This document shows, piece after piece, positions 1-9,018 of a stretch of DNA of 64,000 nt. Numbering within the stretch: the first letter of the stretch is position 1; each line of letters begins with the position of its first letter. The DNA comes from an uncultured Bacteroidales bacterium (GTDB lineage Bacteria > Bacteroidota > Bacteroidia > Bacteroidales > UBA1402), in NCBI GenBank assembly GCA_964575345.1, contig CAZNQD010000001.1, positions 100,367 through 164,366 of the forward strand, given 5' to 3'. A program made the translations under genes and the position numbers. Below the pieces are notes generated by a model that worked only from the letters and a program-made list of their open reading frames with translations, was not told the origin of the DNA and ran no database searches.

Positions 1-1
1 T

Positions 2-2323
2 AACGACGGGCCTTCGCTGGTTATAGCAGGAGCCGGTTCGGGCAAAACCCGGGTGTTGACTCGCAAGGTGGCTGTTTTGCTTAAACAAGGCCTGGCTCCC
101 TGGAATATCATGGCGCTCACATTTACCAACAAAGCAGCCAGAGAAATGAAAGAGCGTATTGCCGGCCTGGTCGATCCGGCAGCGGCTTCTTTGTTGTGGA
201 TGGGTACTTTTCACTCTGTTTTTTTGCGGATTTTGCGAGCCGAAGCTTCAGCCCTGGGTTATCCTTCGTCTTTTAGCATTTACGATGCTACCGATAGCAA
301 GAACATGATCAAAAGCATTATCCGTGATTTAGGCCTGGACGAAAAGATCTATCGCGAAGGAGCCGTGCATGCCCGTATTTCATCGGCCAAGAACGATTTA
401 ATTTCGGCCACTGCCTATGCGAATAATCCGGCCATGCAGGAAAGGGATTTATTTACCAAAATGCCCCGGATAGCCGAAATTTACCAGCGCTACGTACAAC
501 GTTGCCAACTGGCCTCGGCCATGGATTTTGACGATCTGCTATTCAACACCAATGTCTTATTTCGCGATCATCCCGAAATACTCATAGCCTATCAATCTCG
601 TTTTCAGTTTATTCTGGTTGATGAGTACCAGGACACCAATTTTTCACAACACCTTATAGTCAGTCGTTTAGCTGAGCGACACCACAAAGTTTGCGTGGTG
701 GGCGACGATTCACAGAGTATTTATTCGTTCAGGGGAGCCAACATCGACAATATTCTGAATTTTAAAAAGGCCTATCCCGAATGCCTGCTGTTTAAACTGG
801 AACAGAATTACCGTTCCACCCAGAATATTGTCAATTTAGCCAACAGCCTGATTGCCAAAAATAAGTTGCAAATTCCAAAATCAGTTTTTTCCAAACGGGA
901 AACCGGGAACAAAATACCGGTTCTGAGTGCTTTTTCGGACATGGAAGAAGCCTATATGATCGCCAATAAAATCAATGAGATGCACATGAGTTTGTACGAT
1001 CCCTGGAGTGAATTTGCCGTACTTTATCGTACCAATGCCCAATCACGGATACTGGAAGATGCTCTGCGGAAGCGTGGTATTCCCTATCGCATCTACGGTG
1101 GCATGTCTTTTTACCAACGCAAGGAGATCAAGGATATTATTGCTTACCTGAGGTTGGTTATTAATCCTGCCGACGAGGAAGCTTTTAAACGCGTAGTCAA
1201 TTTTCCCCCCAGGGGTATAGGCAAAACTACGCTGGACAAAATACAGCAGGCGGCCTCCCTACACCAGACCACTTTTTGGGAAATCTGCTCCAGGCCGCTG
1301 TCGTATAACTTGCCTGTGCATAGCGGTACCGAAAACCGATTGAAGCAGTTCAGTACGCTTATCGAGAGCCTGAAGCCTCTGGCTTCGACACTGAATGTGT
1401 ATGAGTTTACCAAAAAGATGGTTGAAGACAGCGGCATCAACAAAGCACTTATGCAAGACAGTTCCGAAGAAGGAGTCAGCCGGCAGGAACATTTGGAATC
1501 ACTGCTTTCGGGTATGCACGATTTATGCCAAAGCCGTCTGGAAGAAGGAAATGAACAGATGCTGCTCCCCGACTACCTGGCAGAAATTTCTCTTTTGACC
1601 GATCAGGACGAAGTTGATGAGGGTGACAAAGTAAATTTAATGACCGTACATGCCGCCAAAGGCCTGGAATTTAAAAATGTATTTGTAAGCGGGCTGGAAG
1701 ATGGTGTCTTTCCCTCCATTCATGATCTGGAATCTGAGCGTGAGCTCGAAGAAGAGCGCCGTCTGCTTTACGTGGCCATTACCAGAGCCGGTGATCATTG
1801 CGTGCTGAGTTATGCCAAAAGCCGTTTTCGCAACGGACAGACAGAATATTCCAGGCCCAGCCGTTTTTTGAACGATCTGGACAAGCACTTGCTTGATTTG
1901 CCCATCCGCCCCTTTGCAGAACAGGAAAATGCCTCCTCCTCTGCCTTAGGAAGCGATCGCAGATCGGCTTCATTTTACAATCCTGAGGCAAAAACCTTCC
2001 AACGGCCCGCAGAGCAGTACACGAAAACGCCAGTCGAAAAAATCGACAGACGTCAGGGTAAGTGGAGCAAACTGTCGGCCAAACCTGCCGGAGCTGTTGC
2101 CGGCAGTAAGGAAGGTTTTACTGCTGAAGCAGTCAGTACGGGCGTCAAGACCTCAAAAGGAGAATTCAGGATGGGACAAAAAGTGTTACACGAACGTTTC
2201 GGTGAAGGCCTGATTCAAAAAATTGAAGGCCAGGGAGACAACTGCAAAATAGGAGTTGAATTTAAGCAGGCTGGTTACAAACTGCTTTTGCTTAAATTTG
2301 CCAGTATGAAAGCTATAAATTAA
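2..2323 (+). CDS. UvrD/PcrA/Rep-family ATP-dependent DNA helicase (5' end lies upstream of the window)
   Basis: The frame is open from base 2. Bases 2-61 translate to NDGPSLVIAGAGSGKTRVLT (Walker A), upstream of the track Met. Later helicase motifs: DEYQDTN, VGDDSQSIYSFRGA, QNYRS, TVHAAKGLEF, LYVAITRA. Confidence 0.9.
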   Translation, partial: NDGPSLVIAGAGSGKTRVLTRKVAVLLKQGLAPWNIMALTFTNKAAREMKERIAGLVDPAAASLLWMGTFHSVFLRILRAEASALGYPSSFSIYDATDSKNMIKSIIRDLGLDEKIYREGAVHARISSAKNDLISATAYANNPAMQERDLFTKMPRIAEIYQRYVQRCQLASAMDFDDLLFNTNVLFRDHPEILIAYQSRFQFILVDEYQDTNFSQHLIVSRLAERHHKVCVVGDDSQSIYSFRGANIDNILNFKKAYPECLLFKLEQNYRSTQNIVNLANSLIAKNKLQIPKSVFSKRETGNKIPVLSAFSDMEEAYMIANKINEMHMSLYDPWSEFAVLYRTNAQSRILEDALRKRGIPYRIYGGMSFYQRKEIKDIIAYLRLVINPADEEAFKRVVNFPPRGIGKTTLDKIQQAASLHQTTFWEICSRPLSYNLPVHSGTENRLKQFSTLIESLKPLASTLNVYEFTKKMVEDSGINKALMQDSSEEGVSRQEHLESLLSGMHDLCQSRLEEGNEQMLLPDYLAEISLLTDQDEVDEGDKVNLMTVHAAKGLEFKNVFVSGLEDGVFPSIHDLESERELEEERRLLYVAITRAGDHCVLSYAKSRFRNGQTEYSRPSRFLNDLDKHLLDLPIRPFAEQENASSSALGSDRRSASFYNPEAKTFQRPAEQYTKTPVEKIDRRQGKWSKLSAKPAGAVAGSKEGFTAEAVSTGVKTSKGEFRMGQKVLHERFGEGLIQKIEGQGDNCKIGVEFKQAGYKLLLLKFASMKAIN

Positions 2324-2329
2324 ACCAAG

Positions 2330-3478
2330 ATGGATCTGAGTCAATGCCCCTGCCCCGCTTACGTGCTCGAAGAAGCTCTGCTAAGAAAGAACCTCGAAAA
2401 AATCGCGGACGTCCGTGACCAAGCCGATGTGGAAATATTATTGGCATTCAAGGCTTTTGCTATGTGGAAAGCCTTTCCTTTGTTCAAAGAATACGGTTTT
2501 TCTGGTACAACATCGAGCTCGTTGAGCGAAGCCCGCCTGGCTTTCGAAGAAATGGGGAAGCTGACTCACAGTTATTTGCCGGCTGTTACCCCACAAGATC
2601 TTCCCAAAGTGTTGCAATACAGTAAACAAATCACTTTCAACTCTCTATCGCAGTTTGAGTTGTATTATCCTCAGGTTAAAGCCAGCAACAATCACTCCAT
2701 TTCCTGTGGCCTACGAATCAATCCTGAATATTCCGAAGTGGAAACCGATTTGTACAATCCGTCCCGTCCCGGAGGCCGCCTCGGTATACCAGCCTCAAGG
2801 CTCAAAGAGGGACTTCCTCCGGGTGTGGAAGGGCTGCATTTTCACAGCCTTTGTGAATCGGATTCTTACGCTCTGGAAAGAACACTGCGGGCGGTTGAAG
2901 ACAAGTTTGGTCATTTATTCGGACAAATTCGCTGGCTGAATATGGGCGGCGGACATCTGATTACCCGCAAAGACTACAATACTGCCCATTTGATCGATGT
3001 ACTCAGGAGTTTTAAGTCCAGATACCCGCATTTGCATCTCATTTTGGAACCGGGCAGTGCCTTTGTATGGCAAACGGGTTTTTTATATGCACAGGTAATG
3101 GATATGGTTAGTAATCAAGGAATTGATACGGCTATGTTGAACGTTTCCTTTGCCTGCCATATGCCCGATTGCCTCGAAATGCCCTATAAGCCGCTGATAA
3201 GGGGGGCAAGTATGCCGGATCAGGATCTTTATCCCTACAAATATCACCTGGGTGGCAACAGTTGCCTGGCCGGAGACAGTTTGGGTTTCTGGACCTTTCC
3301 CCGGCCTCTCAAAACCGGTGACAGCCTGATTTTCGAAGACATGATACATTATACGGTGGTTAAAACCCACACTTTCAACGGAGTCGCTCATCCTGCCATT
3401 TGTTTCTTACGAATGGACAAAAAACTTGAAATTTGGCGTGAGTATACTTATTCCGATTACAAGCACAGAATGGATTGA
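2330..3478 (+). CDS. nspC: carboxynorspermidine/carboxyspermidine decarboxylase
   Basis: 382 aa. N-terminus (PCPAYVLEEALLRKNLE...LLAFKAF) and LNMGGGH match my recollection of the NspC family (Orn/DAP/Arg decarboxylase fold). Starts 7 nt after the helicase stop. Confidence 0.8.
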   Translation: MDLSQCPCPAYVLEEALLRKNLEKIADVRDQADVEILLAFKAFAMWKAFPLFKEYGFSGTTSSSLSEARLAFEEMGKLTHSYLPAVTPQDLPKVLQYSKQITFNSLSQFELYYPQVKASNNHSISCGLRINPEYSEVETDLYNPSRPGGRLGIPASRLKEGLPPGVEGLHFHSLCESDSYALERTLRAVEDKFGHLFGQIRWLNMGGGHLITRKDYNTAHLIDVLRSFKSRYPHLHLILEPGSAFVWQTGFLYAQVMDMVSNQGIDTAMLNVSFACHMPDCLEMPYKPLIRGASMPDQDLYPYKYHLGGNSCLAGDSLGFWTFPRPLKTGDSLIFEDMIHYTVVKTHTFNGVAHPAICFLRMDKKLEIWREYTYSDYKHRMD

Positions 3479-3557
3479 AAGCATAAATTGTCCCCCGTGT
3501 TTGAAAGAAAAAATCAAAAATTTTTTCTGAAGTATTTGCCGAATACAAAAAAGATAG

Positions 3558-3565
3558 TACTTTTG
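3558..3565 (+). promoter_or_regulatory. Bacteroidota sigma-A -7 box candidate (TACTTTTG) for the tRNA cluster
   Basis: Exact TAnnTTTG match 11 nt upstream of the tRNA-Gly 5' end. A TTTG lies about 20 nt further upstream (3535-3538). Confidence 0.55.
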
Positions 3566-3575
3566 CTGCGCAATC

Positions 3576-3648
3576 GCGAAAATAGCTCAGTTGGTAGAGC
3601 ATAACCTTGCCAAGGTTAGGGTCGCGGGTTCGAGTCCCGTTTTTCGCT
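3576..3648 (+). tRNA. tRNA-Gly (anticodon GCC)
   Basis: Hand-folded cloverleaf. Acceptor GCGAAAA/TTTTCGC, D arm GCTC-AGTTGGTA-GAGC, anticodon stem TAACC/GGTTA with loop TTGCCAA, T arm GCGGG-TTCGAGT-CCCGT. Confidence 0.9.
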
Positions 3649-3654
3649 CTAAAT

Positions 3655-3680
3655 TAGCGACAGCGGTCGCTATTATTTTT
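3655..3680 (+). terminator. terminator-like hairpin between tRNA-Gly and tRNA-Leu
   Basis: TAGCGAC-agcg-GTCGCTA (7-bp stem) followed by TTATTTTT. A second hairpin, GGGAAGA...TCTTCCC, follows at about 3681-3709. Confidence 0.4.
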
Positions 3681-3725
3681 GGGAAGACTTCAGGTATCCG
3701 GCTCTTCCCTTTCAAGAGAATACGA

Positions 3726-3809
3726 ACCCAGGTGGTGGAATTGGTAGACACGCTACTTTGAGGGGGTAGTGGGCGTTCGCTCGTGTGAGTTCGAGTCTCA
3801 TCCTGGGTA
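3726..3809 (+). tRNA. tRNA-Leu (anticodon GAG)
   Basis: Acceptor ACCCAGG/CCTGGGT. Anticodon stem CTACT/GGTAG with loop TTGAGGG. Long variable arm. T arm GTGAG-TTCGAGT-CTCAT. Confidence 0.85.
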
Positions 3810-3829
3810 CTTTTTCCCTGCATCATCCT

Positions 3830-3913
3830 GCCCAGATGGTGAAATTGGTAGACACGCTAGTTTCAGGGACTAGTGGCCGAAAGGCTGTGCAGGTTCGAGT
3901 CCTGTTCTGGGCA
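3830..3913 (+). tRNA. tRNA-Leu (anticodon CAG)
   Basis: Acceptor GCCCAGA/TCTGGGC. Anticodon stem CTAGT/ACTAG with loop TTCAGGG. Long variable arm. T loop GGTTCGAGTCC. Confidence 0.85.
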
Positions 3914-3930
3914 CAATTATGTGAGACAAA

Positions 3931-3966
3931 AGCCCCGTAATTCAATGGATTACGGGGCTTTTGTTG
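3931..3966. terminator. bidirectional intrinsic terminator (tRNA cluster / convergent pseudouridine synthase gene)
   Basis: AAAGCCCCGTAA-ttcaatgga-TTACGGGGCTTT hairpin, with an A-run before it and a T-run after it. Confidence 0.7.
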
Positions 3967-3980
3967 TTTAAGTACTGAAA

Positions 3981-4913
3981 CTATTGTGTTTTTTTGTCCA
4001 GTTCCAGCAGGCGTAAGAACTCTTTGGGTGTTTCACTCTCAAAAAGCATTTGTTCTCCGCTGACCGGGTGGGTAAAAGCTAAAACACAGGCATGCAGCGC
4101 CATCCGTTTGATAGGGCTGACGTGTCCTCCGTATTTCAGATCGCCGGCAATCGGATAGCCTATGCTGTTCATTTGTACCCTGATCTGATTCTTTCTTCCA
4201 GTGTCAAGTTTAAATTCGGCTAAGCTGTAATGTTCGCTGCTTTTCAGTAATTTGTAATGAGTCACGGCTTTAAGTCCGTCTTCAGGATTAGGACTGGCAT
4301 ATACGATCAAAGCTTTGCTTTCCCACAAATAAGAAGTCACTGTCCCCTGACCGCTTCCATCGCCTGTTTGCGGAACACCCTCCAGTACTCCGGTGTATTT
4401 GCGCTGATTGACGGCAAAACGCCAGTTGGTTTGCATCAGAGACTGAATGTCCAGATTTTTGGCAAAAAGCATGATGCCCGATGTTTCCCTGTCCAGGCGA
4501 TGTACCACAAATATTTTATTGCCGGCTTGTTGTTTTTTTACATATTCGCTCAGTATGGAGTAAGCTGTCTTACTGCGCTCTTTGGCAGTACCTATCGACA
4601 ATAGGCCGGCGGATTTTTCTACAACGATCAGATACTTGTCTTCGAACAAGATCTTTAGTTTTGGGTGATTCAGGCTTAATTTGCCTTTAGTCCACAGGAT
4701 GTTGACCAGGTCACCTGTTTTGAGGGGATGATCGAATTGACGGATTACCTGTTGGTTGACCAATACTTGTTGATGGGCCAGTAAAGACTTGATACTATTG
4801 CGGGATTGATCCTTAAGTGTGTTTATAAGAAAATTCAACAAGGTCGATTCCTCAGTGACCGGAATACTACTGATTTTTTGTTTTTTGGGCTGAGAGCGCC
4901 CGTTTTTGTCCAT
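3981..4913 (-). CDS. RluA-family pseudouridine synthase with N-terminal S4-like domain
   Basis: HRLDRETSGIMLFAK catalytic-Asp motif. 310 aa, typical RluA/RluD size. Confidence 0.85.
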   Translation of the reverse strand: MDKNGRSQPKKQKISSIPVTEESTLLNFLINTLKDQSRNSIKSLLAHQQVLVNQQVIRQFDHPLKTGDLVNILWTKGKLSLNHPKLKILFEDKYLIVVEKSAGLLSIGTAKERSKTAYSILSEYVKKQQAGNKIFVVHRLDRETSGIMLFAKNLDIQSLMQTNWRFAVNQRKYTGVLEGVPQTGDGSGQGTVTSYLWESKALIVYASPNPEDGLKAVTHYKLLKSSEHYSLAEFKLDTGRKNQIRVQMNSIGYPIAGDLKYGGHVSPIKRMALHACVLAFTHPVSGEQMLFESETPKEFLRLLELDKKTQ

Positions 4914-4929
4914 ATGCTTTATTTTGATG

Positions 4930-4937
4930 CAAAGATA
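4930..4937 (-). promoter_or_regulatory. -7 box candidate (TATCTTTG) for the pseudouridine synthase gene
   Basis: Exact TAnnTTTG on the minus strand, 17 nt upstream of the ATG at 4913. Confidence 0.5.
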
Positions 4938-4981
4938 GAAATCTTTATACTCCCCGGGGGAGCATAGAACAGATTATTTAT

Positions 4982-4989
4982 TACATTTG
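4982..4989 (+). promoter_or_regulatory. -7 box candidate (TACATTTG) for paaK copy 1
   Basis: Exact TAnnTTTG, 32 nt upstream of the ATG at 5021. Confidence 0.5.
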
Positions 4990-5020
4990 CACATTTTTGA
5001 CGTAAAAACCCGTATAAAAG

Positions 5021-6313
5021 ATGTATTTGCATGCTGCCCTGGAAACACTGAGCCGAAACGGAATTGAGAAATTACAGATGGAAAGGCTCGGAAAAACTCT
5101 GAATCATTGCCTGAACTCCCCATTTTACCGTAAACGTTTTGAGGAATACAATCTCAAACCCGGGGATATTAAAACCCTGGACGATCTAAGGAAAATCCCT
5201 TTTACCACCAAAACCGACCTTCGCGACAATTATCCTTTTGGAATGTCTGCAGTGCCTTTGGAGCAGACAGTACGTTTGCATTCCTCCAGCGGTACCACCG
5301 GCAATCCAACTGTTGTGTTGCATACTCAGCACGATTTGGACCAATGGGCGGAAGCCGTGGCGCGATGTCTTTACATGGTCGGTTTGCGAAAATCCGACGT
5401 TTTTCAGAATTCCTCCGGTTATGGCATGTTCACCGGAGGCCTGGGTTTCCAATACGGGGCAGAACGTCTGGGTATGCTCACCGTGCCGGCTGCCGCAGGT
5501 AATACCCTGAGGCAAATTAAATTCATTACCGATTTCGGAACTACCGCCCTGCATGCCATACCAAGTTACGCCAGCCGCCTGTATGAAGTAATGCAGCAAC
5601 AAGGCATTGATCCGCGCGATACGAAATTACGGACACTTCTCATCGGAGCCGAACCCCATTCCGAAGCCCAGCGTAAACGTATAGAAGAAATGCTTGGGGT
5701 CAAAGCATACAATAGCTTCGGGATGTCCGAAATGTGCGGTCCGGGGGTTGCTTTTGAATGTCCTGAACAAAACGGTATGCATATCTGGGAAGATTATTAT
5801 ATTGTTGAAATCATCAATCCGGACACACTCGAACCGGTGACCGAAGGAGAAATGGGAGAAATGGTGTTGACGACCATTAACAGAGAAGCCATGCCCTTGC
5901 TGCGTTACCGTACCCGTGACCTTACACGTATCCTGCCCGGAAAATGCCCCTGTGGCCGGAATCATATACGTTTGGATCGAATGAAAGGCCGGAGTGACGA
6001 CATGATTATTCTGAAAGGGGTCAACATTTTTCCCATCCAGGTAGAAACCATCTTGATGAAATTCAAAGAGTTAAGCTCTAATTATCTTATAGTAATCGAC
6101 ACTGTCAATAACAACGACGAAATGAGCGTCGAGGTAGAACTCGAAGAATTGTTTACCGACGACTATGCCAAATTGCAAAACCTTACCAGAGAGATTACCC
6201 GGCAACTCAAAGATGAACTGCTGGTAACTCCCAAAGTAAAGCTGGTCAAAAAAGACAGCCTCCCCAGAACTGAAGGTAAGGCTGTTCGTGTCAATGATTT
6301 GCGTAACCATTAA
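5021..6313 (+). CDS. paaK: phenylacetate-CoA ligase (adenylate-forming, PaaK family), copy 1
   Basis: SSGTTGNPTV AMP-binding loop. About 430 aa. Collinear with the second copy at 28328-29632. Confidence 0.85.
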   Translation: MYLHAALETLSRNGIEKLQMERLGKTLNHCLNSPFYRKRFEEYNLKPGDIKTLDDLRKIPFTTKTDLRDNYPFGMSAVPLEQTVRLHSSSGTTGNPTVVLHTQHDLDQWAEAVARCLYMVGLRKSDVFQNSSGYGMFTGGLGFQYGAERLGMLTVPAAAGNTLRQIKFITDFGTTALHAIPSYASRLYEVMQQQGIDPRDTKLRTLLIGAEPHSEAQRKRIEEMLGVKAYNSFGMSEMCGPGVAFECPEQNGMHIWEDYYIVEIINPDTLEPVTEGEMGEMVLTTINREAMPLLRYRTRDLTRILPGKCPCGRNHIRLDRMKGRSDDMIILKGVNIFPIQVETILMKFKELSSNYLIVIDTVNNNDEMSVEVELEELFTDDYAKLQNLTREITRQLKDELLVTPKVKLVKKDSLPRTEGKAVRVNDLRNH

Positions 6314-6323
6314 TCCCTACACC

Positions 6324-6752
6324 ATGACTATTCATCAGATTTCCATTTTCATCGAAAACAAGCTGGGCTCTCTCAACGAGATCCTGAACATTATCAAATC
6401 GGAAAGACTGCAGATCATAGCATCCACCGTTTCCGATACAGTGGAATATGGCATTTACAGGGTTATTACTCCCGAACCGCGCAAGGCTTGCCTGGCATTA
6501 AAGAGCCGTGGACTGGCCGTGAACCTGACCGAGGTTTTTGCCATCTCTTTAGCCAATACCGTCGGTACTGCTGCCGAGACCATCTCCTATTTTACCCTGG
6601 CAGGCATCAATATTGAATACATGTATTCCTTTTATCTCGAGAACAGAGGCATCCTGATTATGCGTACCAGCGATACAGCCAGAACCATCGAAGTAATCGC
6701 TGCACACAGGCTGAATTGCCTGACCGAAGAAGAATTATTACAATTTAATTAA
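6324..6752 (+). CDS. ACT-domain protein, copy 1
   Basis: MTIHQISIFIENKLGSLNEIL is an ACT-type start and parallels MMLIKQLSIFLENKTGRLTEV of copy 2. The track ORF begins at 6288 inside paaK, so I prefer the ATG at 6324. Confidence 0.75.
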   Translation: MTIHQISIFIENKLGSLNEILNIIKSERLQIIASTVSDTVEYGIYRVITPEPRKACLALKSRGLAVNLTEVFAISLANTVGTAAETISYFTLAGINIEYMYSFYLENRGILIMRTSDTARTIEVIAAHRLNCLTEEELLQFN

Positions 6753-6763
6753 TACTCGTATTT

Positions 6764-6958
6764 ATGTTTGGAATCTCAGACCCCGGCATTTGGTTAGCCT
6801 ATTTACTGGAAATACTTTGTCTTGTTTTCGGTGCCTGGTACGGAATAAAATACTGGAATCAGAACGACGAAACCACCTCCTCCCGGCAGACGGCAAATGA
6901 CGTCAAACCAAAAGCATCGAAATCAACAAAACTCGCTGACAAGCATAGTCATAACTAA
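6764..6958 (+). CDS. small single-TM accessory protein of a solute:sodium symporter
   Basis: 64 aa with one hydrophobic helix (GIWLAYLLEILCLVFGAWYGI). Lies immediately upstream of the SSS transporter. This resembles the 'symporter small accessory protein' class. Confidence 0.5.
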   Translation: MFGISDPGIWLAYLLEILCLVFGAWYGIKYWNQNDETTSSRQTANDVKPKASKSTKLADKHSHN

Positions 6959-6968
6959 ACTTAGCACT

Positions 6969-8534
6969 ATGAATTATTTTGTATTGGGATTAATCGTTCT
7001 ACTCTATATCTTTACGTTGGCGGCCATTAGCTGGTATGCCTACAAAAATACCAAAAATGCCAACGACTACCTGATAGGCGGCGGCAATATGAGCTCTGCG
7101 GTGATGGCTTTGTCGTACGGAGCTACTTTTATTTCGGCATCGGCCATAGTGGGCTTTGGCGGTGTTTCGGCTGCCTATGGTATGGGTATTCAATGGCTTT
7201 GCCTGTTAAACATTTTGGTTGGTGTAATTATTGCTTTTATCTTTTTCGGCAAAAAAACCCGCAAGCTGGGAGCAGAACTTCAGGCTAAAACCTTTCCCCA
7301 ACTCCTGGGCGGCTATTTCCAATCTAAATCCATACAAGTTATTGCCGCAACAGTGATAGTACTTGGTATGCCTTTGTACGCAGCCGTTGTTATGAAGGGC
7401 GGTGCGGTGTTTATTGAACAGATTTTCAATATCAATTACAATATAGCTCTGCTCATTTTTACTCTGATTACTGCATTGTATGTCATCAGCGGTGGCATGA
7501 AAGGTGTTATGTACACCTCGGCTTTTCAGGCTGTAGTTATGTTTGTTTGTATGTTTTTAATGTTGTTCGGCTTGTACAAATCGCTGGGCATGGGTTTTTC
7601 CGAAGCTAACAGAGCTCTGGATTCCATCGATAGCCTGGTTCCTTCCAATTTCGCCTCGCTGGGGCATCAGGGCTGGGCCAAGATGCCTGTATTGGGATCA
7701 CCTCAATGGTACACATTGGTCACTTCGCTTATTTTGGGCGTGGGCATCGGTTGCCTGGCTCAGCCTCAACTGGTGGTGCGTTTTTTGACGGTTCGCAGCA
7801 GTAAACAATTAAATCAGGGCATTTTTGTCGGATCCTTGTTTCTTCTAATTACGGTTGGGGTGGTCTATCATGCCGGAGCCTTATCCAATTTATTCTTTTT
7901 GAAACACAACGGGCAGGTGGCCACCGAATACATCCCGGACATGGACAAAATCATTCCGGCCTTCATTAATGCGGCCATGCCCAATTGGTTTACAGCCTTG
8001 TTTATGCTGTGTATTTTATCGGCCAGTATGTCAACGCTGAGTTCTCAGTTTCATGTCATGGGGACTTCGGCCGCTTCGGATATCTACGCTGACGTTGTAC
8101 GCAAAAAGGAGCGTCAAAGTATTACCCGCCTGGTCAAAATAGGTGTCCTGGTATCCATACTGATCAGTTATGTCATTTGCTATACCCTCAAAGAAGGCGT
8201 CATTGCACGGGGTACGTCTATTTTTATGGGCTTGTGCGCAGCTACTTTCCTTCCCTCCTATTTTTGTATGCTCTATTGGAAAAAAACAAGCAGTAAAGCA
8301 GTGTTGTGGAGTATGTTGGCAGGAGCCGGCGGCAGTGTGTTTGCCCTTTTGTTTCTGCATCAGAAAGAAGCGGCAGCCATAGGTCTGTGTCAGGCTGTTT
8401 TCGGCCGTCCGGTATTAATCGAAGCGTATCCCTGGCCGGTGATTGATCCTATCTTAGTTGCCCTGCCCTTGTCAATTGTGGTAATTGTCCTGCTTAGTTT
8501 ATTAAACCGCAAACAGGGGCAAAAATCTGCTTAA
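6969..8534 (+). CDS. sodium:solute symporter (SSS) family transporter
   Basis: Polytopic membrane protein of about 520 aa. The start is set at the ATG at 6969 (MNYFVLGLIVLL...), after the stop of the small ORF. Confidence 0.8.
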   Translation: MNYFVLGLIVLLYIFTLAAISWYAYKNTKNANDYLIGGGNMSSAVMALSYGATFISASAIVGFGGVSAAYGMGIQWLCLLNILVGVIIAFIFFGKKTRKLGAELQAKTFPQLLGGYFQSKSIQVIAATVIVLGMPLYAAVVMKGGAVFIEQIFNINYNIALLIFTLITALYVISGGMKGVMYTSAFQAVVMFVCMFLMLFGLYKSLGMGFSEANRALDSIDSLVPSNFASLGHQGWAKMPVLGSPQWYTLVTSLILGVGIGCLAQPQLVVRFLTVRSSKQLNQGIFVGSLFLLITVGVVYHAGALSNLFFLKHNGQVATEYIPDMDKIIPAFINAAMPNWFTALFMLCILSASMSTLSSQFHVMGTSAASDIYADVVRKKERQSITRLVKIGVLVSILISYVICYTLKEGVIARGTSIFMGLCAATFLPSYFCMLYWKKTSSKAVLWSMLAGAGGSVFALLFLHQKEAAAIGLCQAVFGRPVLIEAYPWPVIDPILVALPLSIVVIVLLSLLNRKQGQKSA

Positions 8535-8589
8535 TGTTTGTTTATTAGGGCAATTTATTGTTGATTTGCAGGAATAATCCCAAAAACGT

Positions 8590-9018
8590 ATGAGATTGAT
8601 TGATTTGCCCAAAATTTTAGATAAAAGAGGCAACCTTTCTTTTGTCGAAGAATTAACCCAGATTCCCTTTGAAATTGAACGGGTATACTGGATTTACGAT
8701 GTGCCCGGAGGCGAAAGACGAGGCGGTCATGCTTACAGGGAAAACCAGGAATTTATCGTTGCTCTTTCCGGAAGCTTTGATGTGCTCTTAGACGATGGAA
8801 ACGAAAGGAAGGTGTTTTCCCTTAACAGGTCTTATTACGGTGTTTATGTTCCCAAGGGGATATGGCGCGAAATGAATAACTTTTCGACCAATTCCCTGGC
8901 CCTGATTTTGTCTTCTACTGCTTATTCCAAAGCGGATTATATTTATAATTACGAAGAGTTTCTTAAGTATGCTGCTTCCAGGGCTCCATCCGGCCCGGAT
9001 AAACCTAAGCAAGTATGA
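8590..9018 (+). CDS. FdtA/QdtA (WxcM-like) sugar 3,4-ketoisomerase paralog 1
   Basis: Cupin-type pattern: KRGNLSFVE...IPFEIERVYWIYDVPGGERRGGHAYRE. About 140 aa. Confidence 0.75.
   Translation: MRLIDLPKILDKRGNLSFVEELTQIPFEIERVYWIYDVPGGERRGGHAYRENQEFIVALSGSFDVLLDDGNERKVFSLNRSYYGVYVPKGIWREMNNFSTNSLALILSSTAYSKADYIYNYEEFLKYAASRAPSGPDKPKQV

Noticed and set aside
3375-3826. ORFs 3375-3602 (-) and 3587-3826 (-) spanning the tRNA cluster.
   Set aside because: They overlap three well-folded tRNAs on the opposite strand and have no coding features.
3576-3966. The tRNA cluster as a possible genomic-island integration site.
   Set aside because: No integrase, no direct repeat of a tRNA 3' end and no mobile-element genes are on either side. 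The flanking genes are housekeeping.
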